DNA of 64,000 bases, taken from NCBI GenBank assembly GCA_963771175.1, contig CAVYSY010000046.1:64001-128000 (forward strand), written 5' to 3'. Each line of letters opens with the position of its first letter. Position 1 is the first letter of the stretch. The notes under the pieces were generated by a model. The model worked only from the letters and a program-made list of their open reading frames with translations, was not told the DNA's origin and searched no databases. The stretch is from an uncultured delta proteobacterium (GTDB taxonomy: Bacteria > Myxococcota > Myxococcia > Myxococcales > Myxococcaceae). This document shows positions 39,452-48,277 of the stretch, piece after piece. A program made the translations under genes and the position numbers.

Positions 39452-41455
39452 TCATTCGTAGTAGTCGAACGCCTGCTCGCTGCGACGGAAGCGGTACACC
39501 GCCCAGATGGCGGCGGGCTGCTCGGGCGTGAGGCGCACGTGGGCGGTGGGTCCCTGCCACAGGCTGCGCGTCCCCCGTCATCAGCTCGTGCACCTGGTAC
39601 GTCTCGTCCGGCTGGATGCCGAGCTCGGCCAGGGGCACGTGCAGCATGGCTTCCTGGGCGTGGAAAGGATCGAGGCTCACCGCCACCAGCACCTGGCTGG
39701 AGCCGTCTCGGCGTGCGCTTCAGGTAGAACAGCACCTGGTCGTTCTCCGCCGGGTGGAAGCTCAGGTTGTCGTAGAGCTGGAAGGCGCGGTGCTCGCGGC
39801 GGACGGTGTTGAGCCGGGCGATGTAGTCGCGGATGTTGCCCGGCCGGTCCAGGTCCCACGCCTTGAGCTCGTACTTCTCCGAGTCGAGGTACTCCTCCTT
39901 GCCCGGCTTGACGGGAGTGCCCTCGCACAGCTCGTAGCCGCAGTACATGCCCCAGACGCTGGAGAGCGTGGCGGCCATGGCGGCGCGCAGCCGGAAGCCG
40001 CCCGGCCCGCTGCGCTGGAGGAACTCGGGGAGGATGTCCGGCGTGTTCGGCCAGAGGTTGCCGCGCATGTAGTCGGACACGGGCGGGTTGGTGATCTCCG
40101 TGAGGTACTCCTCCATCTCCTGCTTGAAGTTGCGCCAGGTGAAGTAGGTGTACGACTGCTGGAAGCCCAGCCTGGCCAGGGCCTTCATCACCTTGGGTCG
40201 GGTGAAGGCCTCCGCGAGGAAGACGACGTCCGGGCGGACGGCTGTGCACCTCGCGGATGAGCCAGGCCCAGAACTGCAGGGGTTTGGTGTGCGGGTTGTC
40301 CACGCGGAAGATGCGCACGCCCTGTTCCACCCAGTGCATCACCACCGACTTGAGCTCCGGCCACAGCGTGGCGCGCCCGGGGCCCATCCAGTCGAAGTTG
40401 ACGATGTCCTCGTAGCGCTTGGGCGGGTTCTCGGCCGTCTTGATGGTGCCGTCCGGCCGGTGGAGGAACCACTCCGGGTGCTCCTTCACGTAGGGGTGGT
40501 CCGGCGAGCACTGGTAGGCCAGGTCCAGGGCGATCTCCATTCCCATCGCGTTGGCCGCCCGGACGAAGCGCCGGAAGTCCTCCAGCGTGCCGAGCGCGGG
40601 ATTCAGCGCCTTGTGGCCACCCTCGGCGGCGCCGATGGCCCACGGGCTGCCCACGTCCTCCGGGCCCGCCGTGAGGCTGTTGTTCTTGCCCTTGCGCGCC
40701 GTGCGGCCGATGGGGTGGATGGGTGGCAGGTAGATGACGTCGAAGCCCATGGACTGCACGTATGGCAGCCACCGCTCGGCGTCCCGGAAGGTGCCGTGGG
40801 TGCGCCCGTCGCGCACCGCCGAGCGCGGGAAGAACTCGTACCAGGAGCCGTAGCTCGCCCTCTCCCGGTCCACGAAGACCTCGAGGACGCGGTCGTACCG
40901 GGTGGCGATGGTGCGGTCCGCGTACTTCGCGGCCACCAGCGCGAGGCCCGGATCCATGGCCGCGGCGATGGTCTGGTGGCTCATGCCCTGGCCGAAGGCC
41001 GCGGCGGCTTCCGAGAGCCGGCGGGCCTCCTCGGGGCCGCCGGCCTTCTGGGCGCGTTCGGCGTGGGCCTTGAGCAGCGCGGCGCCCTCCAGCAATTCGC
41101 TGCGCACGTCGCGACCCACGTCCACCTTGCGCTTGAGTTCCGACACCCAGGTGGCGAAGAGGTCCGGCCAGGCCTCCACCGTGTACTCGTAGCGACCGTT
41201 GCGCGTGAGCGGGAGGTCCGCCTCCCACAGGTCGTTGCCCCGCGCGACCATGGGCTCCTCGGCCCACTCCGTCGCCTGCTCCTGGGGCGCCGACTGCCTC
41301 CAGCGCACCACGGCCACCAGGACGTCGTGGCCCTCCTTGAAGATGTCGGCCTTGACCTTGAGGGTCTCTCCCTCGACGCGCTTCACGGCCCACCGGCCCG
41401 CGTCCAGTTGCGGCCGGACGTTCTCGATGACGGTGCTTCCGATTCGCTCGCTCAT
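39452..41455 (-). CDS. glgE: Alpha-1,4-glucan:maltose-1-phosphate maltosyltransferase, frameshifts near 40240, 39710 and 39570
   Basis: SWYEFFPRS, YLPPIHPIG, GSPWAIG, FRVDNPHTKP, QSYTYFTWRN, PNTPDIL, EEYLDSEKYE. Confidence 0.93.
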
Positions 41456-41806
41456 AAATACCAGGCGGCCCCTTATAGGTCCCCGCGCCGCGGTGCCCCG
41501 GCGCTGTCTTTCACCGTGCGTTGATTCCGGACGCTCAGGGAGTCCGGCTCGTTGGCCCGAGAACGTTAGGGACGGCCTCGCGATGCGCCCACCGGACAGG
41601 CGGGGCTGCCAGGCCCCATGGGGAGGGGAGAGGCGACCGTCGTGGACGGCTCGGTGGGGACGGGGAGGCACGGAGGACGGCGACGAACCCACCGGGCGCG
41701 CGGAGCAGGGGAGCGCAGTGGGGCGGCCGAGGGACCGTCCGGGAGAAGGGTCGAGCGGGCTCGACGCCCGGGCCTGGTGAGGACCCGGTGGAGCCGCGCC
41801 TGAGAG

Positions 41807-41827
41807 GGGTCCGCGGAGCGCGGACCC
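41807..41827 (-). terminator. 9-bp GC hairpin just after the 64-aa gene
   Basis: GGGTCCGCG-gag-CGCGGACCC, 4 nt past the stop codon; no U-tract. Confidence 0.45.
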
Positions 41828-41831
41828 GGGA

Positions 41832-42026
41832 CTACGACTGCTGCGACTTGTGCTTGTAGAAGAGGACGAGCGTGTAGCAGTGGAACTCGTTGTCGCTGGA
41901 CTGGGCGACCACCCGGTCGACGATCTCCAGGTCCGAGTTGCTGCGCAGCCACCGGGTCACGTTCTCACCCAGCTCCTCGCGCTCCTTGGCCTTCGTCGCG
42001 GAGAACACCTTCACGCCCGTGAACAT
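41832..42026 (-). CDS. Small (64 aa) hypothetical protein
   Basis: High-GC3 codon usage, upstream GGAG/GAAGG, globular beta-alpha-beta-beta pattern. Confidence 0.75.
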   Translation of the reverse strand: MFTGVKVFSATKAKEREELGENVTRWLRSNSDLEIVDRVVAQSSDNEFHCYTLVLFYKHKSQQS

Positions 42027-42234
42027 CGCCTTCCACTCCTTGCCGTGAGTTTTTTACCGTGTGTGTCAGGGAGGTTATCTCTCGCTGTTCACAGGTGTCA
42101 AAAAAGCTTACCTGCCTGGGACGGGGATTTTCGACCTGGGGGGACGTGCCTAGATTCCCCGAGTCGCTGGAAAGGCGCCCGAGGGAGGGGCCCTCGGGGT
42201 TCTCAGGGTTGGGGAAGGGCGAAGGGGGAAGGCC

Positions 42235-42512
42235 GTGGACGTGAAGACCAAGAAGGACCTGGCGGTGGACTTCATCAACGCGATCCGCACGATGGATCCC
42301 GGCCGCGCTCAACGCGCTCATCGTGAAGGAGGCAGGCGAGGATCTCGCCCAGTTCTTCCTCAACTACAGCGCCAACCTCATCTCCAAGGACCCTTCCCGG
42401 GTGCTGGAGAACACCTCGTCGCTGATGCTGATGGGCTACCTCATCCGCACCCACGAGGAGAAGAACACCCAGTCCCGGCAGACGGCTCCTCCAGGGCTAC
42501 GCGTCCGCCTGA
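42235..42512 (+). CDS. Small hypothetical protein with a frameshift near 42300; 3' end uncertain
   Basis: VDVKTKKDLAVDFINAIRTMD joined to LNALIVKEAGEDLAQFFLNY..LMGYLIR, typical codon usage. Confidence 0.6.
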
Positions 42513-42578
42513 TCCGGCGGAGGAGCGGTGCGCCGAGGCTCGACAGCTCCCACGGGAGCCTGTTAGGGAGCGGCGTCC

Positions 42579-43322
42579 ATGCTCATCGATCTGCACGCGC
42601 ATTCCTACCTCTCGAAGGGCTGCAACCTGGAGCCGCGCGCGGTCCTGGACCGGGCCGCGATGTTCGGTCTGGACGGCGTGGCCTTCACCGAGACCAACAC
42701 CCAGGACGGCTGCGACGAGCTGTTCGACATCGGCGCGAAGTCCAAGGTGAAGGTCTTCGTGGGCCTGGAGCTGGTCACGGACCGGGGTCAGTACCTGTGC
42801 TTCTTCCCGAAGCCGGAGCTGGCGCCCGAGCCGGTGCAGATGTGGGGCAGCAACCGGGAGAAGCCCTGGAGCGCCGCCGAGTGTCTGCCCAAGGTGCGCT
42901 CGCTGGGCGCGGCCATCGTGGCGGCCCGTCCCTACGACCGGGACACGCCCAACCCGGCGATGGACTACGTCCGCTCGCTGAGCGGCCTGCTGTGCGCGGT
43001 GGAGGGCTACAACGCCCGGGTGAAGCAGACGTCCAACGACCTGGCCGTGGAGGCCGCCGAGGCCCTCAAGCTGCCGTGCACCGGTGGCAGTGATGCCCGC
43101 GGCTCGCTGGACGAGGTGGGCTACGGCGCCACCTGCTTCAAGAAGCCCATCCAGACGCAGGAGCAGCTCGTGGCCGCGCTGCTGGCCGGGGACTACTTCC
43201 CGGTGATGGCCGGAGAGCTGCCGCGCCTCACGCGCCCGGGCGAGGCCCAGGCGGGCCGGGGCGGTGGCGGCAAGCGCCGGGGCGGTGGCGGCGGTGGTGG
43301 TGGCGGGCGCCGTCGTCGCTAG
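42579..43322 (+). CDS. PHP-domain metal-dependent phosphoesterase-like protein with a Gly/Arg tail
   Basis: IDLHAHS, GLELVT, VEGYN, GGSDA. Confidence 0.8.
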   Translation: MLIDLHAHSYLSKGCNLEPRAVLDRAAMFGLDGVAFTETNTQDGCDELFDIGAKSKVKVFVGLELVTDRGQYLCFFPKPELAPEPVQMWGSNREKPWSAAECLPKVRSLGAAIVAARPYDRDTPNPAMDYVRSLSGLLCAVEGYNARVKQTSNDLAVEAAEALKLPCTGGSDARGSLDEVGYGATCFKKPIQTQEQLVAALLAGDYFPVMAGELPRLTRPGEAQAGRGGGGKRRGGGGGGGGGRRRR

Positions 43323-43359
43323 GCAACTCCGAAGTCCATTCCTTCAAGGACACCGTGTG

Positions 43360-43437
43360 TGGCCGGCCTCCCGGCCTCGCTTTTCAAAAACCTGTCCGAC
43401 TGTCGGACAGGTTTTTCCAGACTGAGTCCGGAGGGCC
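43360..43437. repeat. ~80-bp REP-like palindromic element, copy 2 (core 43386-43416)
   Basis: Identical 31-bp core and highly similar flanks to 34166-34244; lies between convergent genes. Confidence 0.9.
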
Positions 43438-43496
43438 CCCTGTGCTCGGGTGGGGGTTGGACTCCCGCGGAGCTTGTTCCGGTGCCGTGGGGGCGC

Positions 43497-44237
43497 TCAT
43501 TTCGCCGCGGCGGGCGGCGCACCTTCCTCGACCCGGGTGACCAGGCCGTCGGTGATGAAGACCCGGCGCTTGCCGCCCGGGTAGATCCACTCCTGGTTCA
43601 CCTGCTGCCCGTCCAGCGTGCGACGGATGCTCTCCGGCGCGCCCCAGGACATCTCCACCGCCGCCTCCGGCATGTACTCGAGGACCTTCTTCTGCTTGAG
43701 GGCCTCCTGGAAGCGCGGCTGGAACCTGGCGATCCGCGGCGCCGGGTCGTGATCCAGCAGGTGCCGGTCCAGCTCCGCCAGGAAGTCCTCCCGCGTCTTG
43801 CTCATCGGCGGGAGCACGAGCACCACCGGCGGCCCCGGCGGCGCCCCCTCCACGTCCAGGTACACCCAAGGCAGCGTGCGCGGCGAGTACAGCAACCGCT
43901 CCACCATCACCATGGCCGTGGGGAACTCCACCTTCAGCACGCGCACCTTCGTGCCCGCCGGCATCAGCGCCTGCACCGCGCCAGGGTTGATGGGGTTGCC
44001 CTTGGTGTCGTTGATCAGCCGCACCTCGTCGGGCGGGTAGGGCGTCAGCAGCCGCTTGGAGGCATCCCCGAAGAACGGGGTGATGTAGCTGGAGGCCTTC
44101 AGGTAGCGCTCCGACGACGGGCCGCTGGTCAGATCGTGCTGGAGCTTCGTCCGGTCCTCCGGGCTGATCAGGGTCTGGCTCGCGCAACCGGTGGCCAGCG
44201 CCAGGGGGAGGACGAGCAGGGCGAGGAGTCGTTTCAT
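43497..44237 (-). CDS. Hypothetical lipoprotein
   Basis: Signal MKRLLALLVLPLALATGC; C-terminal MSWGAP..EWIY module. Confidence 0.8.
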   Translation of the reverse strand: MKRLLALLVLPLALATGCASQTLISPEDRTKLQHDLTSGPSSERYLKASSYITPFFGDASKRLLTPYPPDEVRLINDTKGNPINPGAVQALMPAGTKVRVLKVEFPTAMVMVERLLYSPRTLPWVYLDVEGAPPGPPVVLVLPPMSKTREDFLAELDRHLLDHDPAPRIARFQPRFQEALKQKKVLEYMPEAAVEMSWGAPESIRRTLDGQQVNQEWIYPGGKRRVFITDGLVTRVEEGAPPAAAK

Positions 44238-44250
44238 GGGTGGGCCTCGG

Positions 44251-44850
44251 TCAGAAGGAGAAGGCGAAGGCTCGGGTGGTGATGAGGGGGGCGTCGCGCC
44301 CGCCGGAGACGTCCGCCACCAGTACCGCCTTCTTGCGCGTCTCCTCCACGATGCGTGGACCGCCCGCCTTGCCCAGGGCGTCGATGCCCTGGATGACGTG
44401 CGAGACGAGCAGCGCGACGCCTCCCAGCCCCCAGAACCAGCCGCCCACGGCGAGCCGGAAGACGCTGCTCACCACGATGATGGCCAGGTCCACCACGAGG
44501 AACAGGATGAAGCCGTCCTGGTCCCTCGCCACCAGGTGGCCCGTGCCGAAGCCGAGGAACAGCCCCAGCACCAGTGCGAGCACCTGCCGCGTCTCCGCGT
44601 CCACGCCGCCCCCAGTGTCCAGGGGCAGGGGAGTGCCCATGAGGGCGAAGCGTGTGGCGTCCGTCAGCTGCAGCGGGGGCGTCACGGAGGGTTTGAAGGT
44701 AGCCGCCAGCTCCAGCCCGTCCAGCAGCCGCGCGTGGCGGCTCTCCATGGAGTGGGCGAAGGAGACCGTCGGATCGGCGGGGGAGGCCGGCTCCGCGGGG
44801 GTGACGGACAGCAATGATGCGAGCAACAGGGAAACGACCATCGGGCGCAC
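44251..44850 (-). CDS. Hypothetical secreted/membrane protein
   Basis: Signal peptide, hydrophobic GFGTGH segment, aromatic C-terminus FAFSF. Confidence 0.7.
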   Translation of the reverse strand: MRPMVVSLLLASLLSVTPAEPASPADPTVSFAHSMESRHARLLDGLELAATFKPSVTPPLQLTDATRFALMGTPLPLDTGGGVDAETRQVLALVLGLFLGFGTGHLVARDQDGFILFLVVDLAIIVVSSVFRLAVGGWFWGLGGVALLVSHVIQGIDALGKAGGPRIVEETRKKAVLVADVSGGRDAPLITTRAFAFSF

Positions 44851-44884
44851 CTCGGCGTCAAACGCTTGAGGGGCCCTTCCTAGC

Positions 44885-45088
44885 TTAGCGGGGGCTCGGC
44901 GTCAGCGACGCGTTGTCGCGTTCTCGCTGCCGCTGCACTCCACACCCCTTCAGGGTCGGGCAGATGGGGCCGCGGCCATCGGGATCAGGCACCAGTAGGA
45001 ATCGGCCCAGACCCCGGGCATCCACGAGCTCCGGATGGCCACACAGCACGCAACGACGGGGCGGACGCTTGGAGGGGGGGAATGGCAC
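44885..45088 (-). CDS. Small Cys-rich hypothetical protein
   Basis: CVLCGH..CPTLKGC in an otherwise empty gap on the same strand as its neighbours. Confidence 0.4.
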   Translation of the reverse strand: MPFPPSKRPPRRCVLCGHPELVDARGLGRFLLVPDPDGRGPICPTLKGCGVQRQRERDNASLTPSPR

Positions 45089-45135
45089 GGAGCCAGTTTC
45101 CCTCTCCTCCTGCGCCCGCGCGAATTTTCCGCCGC

Positions 45136-45483
45136 TCAGCTCTTGGCGCCGGCCGCCGCGGTCGTGGTGCCCGAGCTGCTCGACGCGCTGGAGCCGCCCG
45201 AGTCCGAGGAGCCGCTGGAGCTGGTGCTCGACGTGCTGCTGGAGCTGGACGAGGACGAGGACGAGCTGCTGGAGCTGGACGAGCTCCCGTCCTTCTTGGT
45301 GGAGCTGTAGAGGTCCGAGTACCAGCCGCCGCCCTTGAGGACGAAGCTGGAGCGGCTGACGACCTTGCTCAGCGAGCCCTGCGCACCGCACGCGGAGCAG
45401 GTCTCGGGCGTCGGGTCGCTCACCTTCTGGAGGACGTCGATCGTCTTTCCACAGGACTGACAGGCGTATTCGTAGATGGGCAT
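45136..45483 (-). CDS. FmdB-family zinc-ribbon protein with a poly-Ser tail
   Basis: MPIYEYACQSCG..CSACG..FVLKGGGWYSDLY. Confidence 0.92.
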   Translation of the reverse strand: MPIYEYACQSCGKTIDVLQKVSDPTPETCSACGAQGSLSKVVSRSSFVLKGGGWYSDLYSSTKKDGSSSSSSSSSSSSSSSSSTSSTSSSGSSDSGGSSASSSSGTTTAAAGAKS

Positions 45484-45507
45484 GACGGTGGCCTCTTCCT
45501 TCTCAGG

Positions 45508-46719
45508 TCATGGAGTGTGGGGGTTGTCCGAGGTCCGCTTGCGCAGCTCCCCGGCCAGTCCCAGGCGCTCGATGGCGCGGAGCACCAGCTCGGACGGGGC
45601 TCCGTGCTTGCGGCCCACCGCATCGGCGAGCGTGGCCACGGTGGTGGCCTCCGGCAGCTCGTCGCGCACCAGCACCTCGAGGTCCCGGCGGAGCATGTCC
45701 GTGAAACGCTTCTTGATTCCCAGGTCCATCAGGTACTTCTCGCGCCCGAGCAGATCCAACCGCTGGGTGAGGTGGCGCGAGGTGAGTGCCTCGCGACGGA
45801 AGCGCTCTCGCACCTCCTCGACCTCCTGGGAGATGCCCAGCTTCGCCTCGAGCTGCTTGAGCTCGGAGGGGCTGAGCCCGAGCGCCCAGCCGACCCGGCC
45901 GGCGGCGCCGCGGTGTTCGGTGTAGCCGGCGAGGAGGGCCTGGCGCTCACGGGATTCCATGGTCTCCATCAACCCGTGGGAGCGCAGCACTCCTTCCAGC
46001 TCCATCAGCGTCAGGTCGCCCCGGGCGCCGTTGTACTGGTTGGCCAGCGAGCCCAGCAGCGCGAAGCGGTGCTCGTGGGCCTCCAGCGCGGCCTCCAGCG
46101 TCTCCTTGCCCGAGGCGCGCGTCAGCTCCTGGATGCCCGTCTTGGGGGCATCCAGGCGGGTGAAGCGTCCGCGGGGCTTGGGCAGATCCCTCTTGAGGAA
46201 GCCAGGCGCCTCCTCGGCCTCCTCGAAGGGGGTCTCCTCCACGGCGGTGCGCTTGCGGGGGGCGATCCGCGCCTGGATCGTCTCGCCACTCGACTTCGCG
46301 GCGCGCTCCCGCTTCGCGGGCACCGGCTCCGGCACGGCGATTCGCGAGGCGGCCGGCGTGGCGAAGGTGGGCACGTCCGGAGAGGGGGCTGGCGCGGGGG
46401 GGCGCTTCTCCTCGTGCACCCGGGCCAGTTCCTGCACCACCTCGTAGTAGCCGCACTCCTGACGCTTCGCGGCGAGCTCCGGCGCCGTGCCCTTCAGCAC
46501 GTCCACCATCGCGAAGGGCCCGAGTGGCCGGGCTTGCGGCTCGGTGTCGGTCAAGGTGCGCACGCGGAAGTCGTCGGCCTCGGACAGCAGGGCGAGCGCC
46601 TCGCGGACCTCGGTGGGGGTTGCAGGCGATTTGGCTCGCCGGCAGTAGTCGGAGACGGCCACCGCCACGGGGGTGGGGACGTCATCGGGTTGCCGCTGTC
46701 TCTGCCAGGGAGTGTTCAT
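45508..46719 (-). CDS. Hypothetical cytoplasmic protein
   Basis: 403-aa ORF with coding-like codon bias, no recognised motif. Confidence 0.75.
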   Translation of the reverse strand: MNTPWQRQRQPDDVPTPVAVAVSDYCRRAKSPATPTEVREALALLSEADDFRVRTLTDTEPQARPLGPFAMVDVLKGTAPELAAKRQECGYYEVVQELARVHEEKRPPAPAPSPDVPTFATPAASRIAVPEPVPAKRERAAKSSGETIQARIAPRKRTAVEETPFEEAEEAPGFLKRDLPKPRGRFTRLDAPKTGIQELTRASGKETLEAALEAHEHRFALLGSLANQYNGARGDLTLMELEGVLRSHGLMETMESRERQALLAGYTEHRGAAGRVGWALGLSPSELKQLEAKLGISQEVEEVRERFRREALTSRHLTQRLDLLGREKYLMDLGIKKRFTDMLRRDLEVLVRDELPEATTVATLADAVGRKHGAPSELVLRAIERLGLAGELRKRTSDNPHTP

Positions 46720-46933
46720 AAAGTTACGGAAAAATGCTCGTTTACGAGGCTGGTGCCTCTATCTTTGCTGGCAGACGGGTGTCAATGAATCCGACGGGCC
46801 CCAATCTAAACAGCCAGAAGAAGGTGCAAGTCGGTGTAACACCCGGGCAGGGGGCCGTGCGGCCCGAATGCTCGGCCGGTGGACACCCGGCGGGTCGCGG
46901 GGCCATCAAGATGGCTCGGAAGGCGGGCGGGCT

Positions 46934-47392
46934 GTGAATCAGGATCAGGACGAGGTGCTCCAGCGCTACATGGCGCGAGCACGGGCTGAAGAGCACGCGC
47001 CAGCGCAGCCTCATCATCGACACCTTCTTCACGGTGGGCGGGCACCTCTCCGTCGAGGAGCTGTGGAACAAGGTCCGCCGCAGGACACGCAAGGTGTCGG
47101 TGGCCACGGTGTACCGGACCATGAAGCTGCTCAAGGAGTGCGGCCTGGCCCACGCGCGCAACTTCGGCGACGGGCAGACGCGCTACGAGGCGGCCGCCGG
47201 CCGCGAGCACCACGACCACCTGATCTGCACCCGCTGCGGCACCATCGTGGAGTTCGAGAACGACCGCATCGAGGCGATGCAGGAGGCGGTGGCGCGCAAG
47301 CACGGCTTCAGGTGACCTCGCACAAGATGGAGCTCTACGGCCTGTGCCGCGACTGCCAGCGAGAAGCTGCCCTGGCCACGCGCGCGGCATGA
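46934..47392 (+). CDS. fur: Fur-family metalloregulator, frameshifts near 46975 and 47310
   Basis: GLKSTRQR..HLSVEEL..VATVYRTMKLL..HHDHLICTRCG..ELYGLCRDC; metal specificity (Fur or Zur) not determinable. Confidence 0.88.
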   Translation: MNQDQDEVLQRYMARARAEEHAPAQPHHRHLLHGGRAPLRRGAVEQGPPQDTQGVGGHGVPDHEAAQGVRPGPRAQLRRRADALRGGRRPRAPRPPDLHPLRHHRGVRERPHRGDAGGGGAQARLQVTSHKMELYGLCRDCQREAALATRAA

Positions 47393-47925
47393 GCGGGCTG
47401 CGCGCTGGTCCTGCTGCTGCTGGCCTGGTCTGTGCGCCGGTGCCGCCGCGTGCCCGAGGCGGCCCGGGCCTCGGGGCCGTCTCCGCACCTGCGCCGCTGC
47501 TGCTGCCGTCGGTGGAGCCCGCCCCGTACGCCCGGCGCCGGCTGCCGGGCAGGTGGTGCTGGTGCCCTTCTTCGCCACCTGGTGCTTCCCGTGCCTGGCG
47601 GCAGCTGCCCGCGCTGGCCGAGCCCTCCAGACGCGAGCTACGGCCCCCAGGGCCTGCGCAGGTGGTGCGGTGGGCATGGACCTGGAGGGGGCCCAGGTGC
47701 TCGCGCCCTTCGCCGAGCAGTACGCGCTGAACTTCCCGGTGCTGGTGGCCGGACGAGCGGCATGCAGCAGGGGAGGAGCGCCTTCGGGCTGCATCCGCGC
47801 GCTGCCCACCACCTTCCTGCTGGACGGGAGAGCGCCAGGTGGCCGGCGCGTGGAGGGGCTGGCCGCCCGACGAGGACGCTGGTCGAAGGCCGTGGAGACG
47901 CTGCTGCGCCGAGGCGGCTTCCGAG
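47389..47925 (+). CDS. TlpA/ResA-like thioredoxin-fold protein, multiple indels, end approximate
   Basis: FFATWCFPCL, LNFPVL, ALPTTFLLD. Confidence 0.75.
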
Positions 47926-47993
47926 GGGCCTGCTACAGGGCTGCAGCGGATTTCTTGCCGGCGGGTGTCTCCGCTGGTACCTTCCGCCCACTC

Positions 47994-48277
47994 ATGACGG
48001 TGCGGCGAAAGCTTCTGGGGATAGCGGCGTGCGTGGCCGCGCTGCTCGGCGCGGTCTCGGCGGCGGACGCGAAGGGCTTCCGCCGCTACCTGCGCCTGCG
48101 CCAGGACGTGGAGACGACTCCGGAGCGCAACCGGACGCTGGCCGCGCAGAACGACGCCCTGCTGCGCGAGATCAAGGCGCTGCGCAACGATCCCGCCGGC
48201 CCTCGAGCGCGCGGCCCGTGAGGAGCTCGGCTTCGTGCAAGCCGGGCGAGATCGTCTTCCAGCTGGAGTCGCCATGA
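47994..48277 (+). CDS. ftsB: Cell division protein FtsB/DivIC, indels near the 3' end
   Basis: One TM, coiled coil, (L)ERAAREELGFVKPGEIVF motif recoverable across frames. Confidence 0.85.

Noticed and set aside
39350..40250. Programmed frameshifting or phase variation in glgE and treS
   Set aside because: Several unrelated indels with no slippery heptamer or long tract; best explained by sequencing error
45170..45290. GAGCTG/GACGAG microsatellite-like tract
   Set aside because: Encodes the poly-Ser tail typical of FmdB-family proteins
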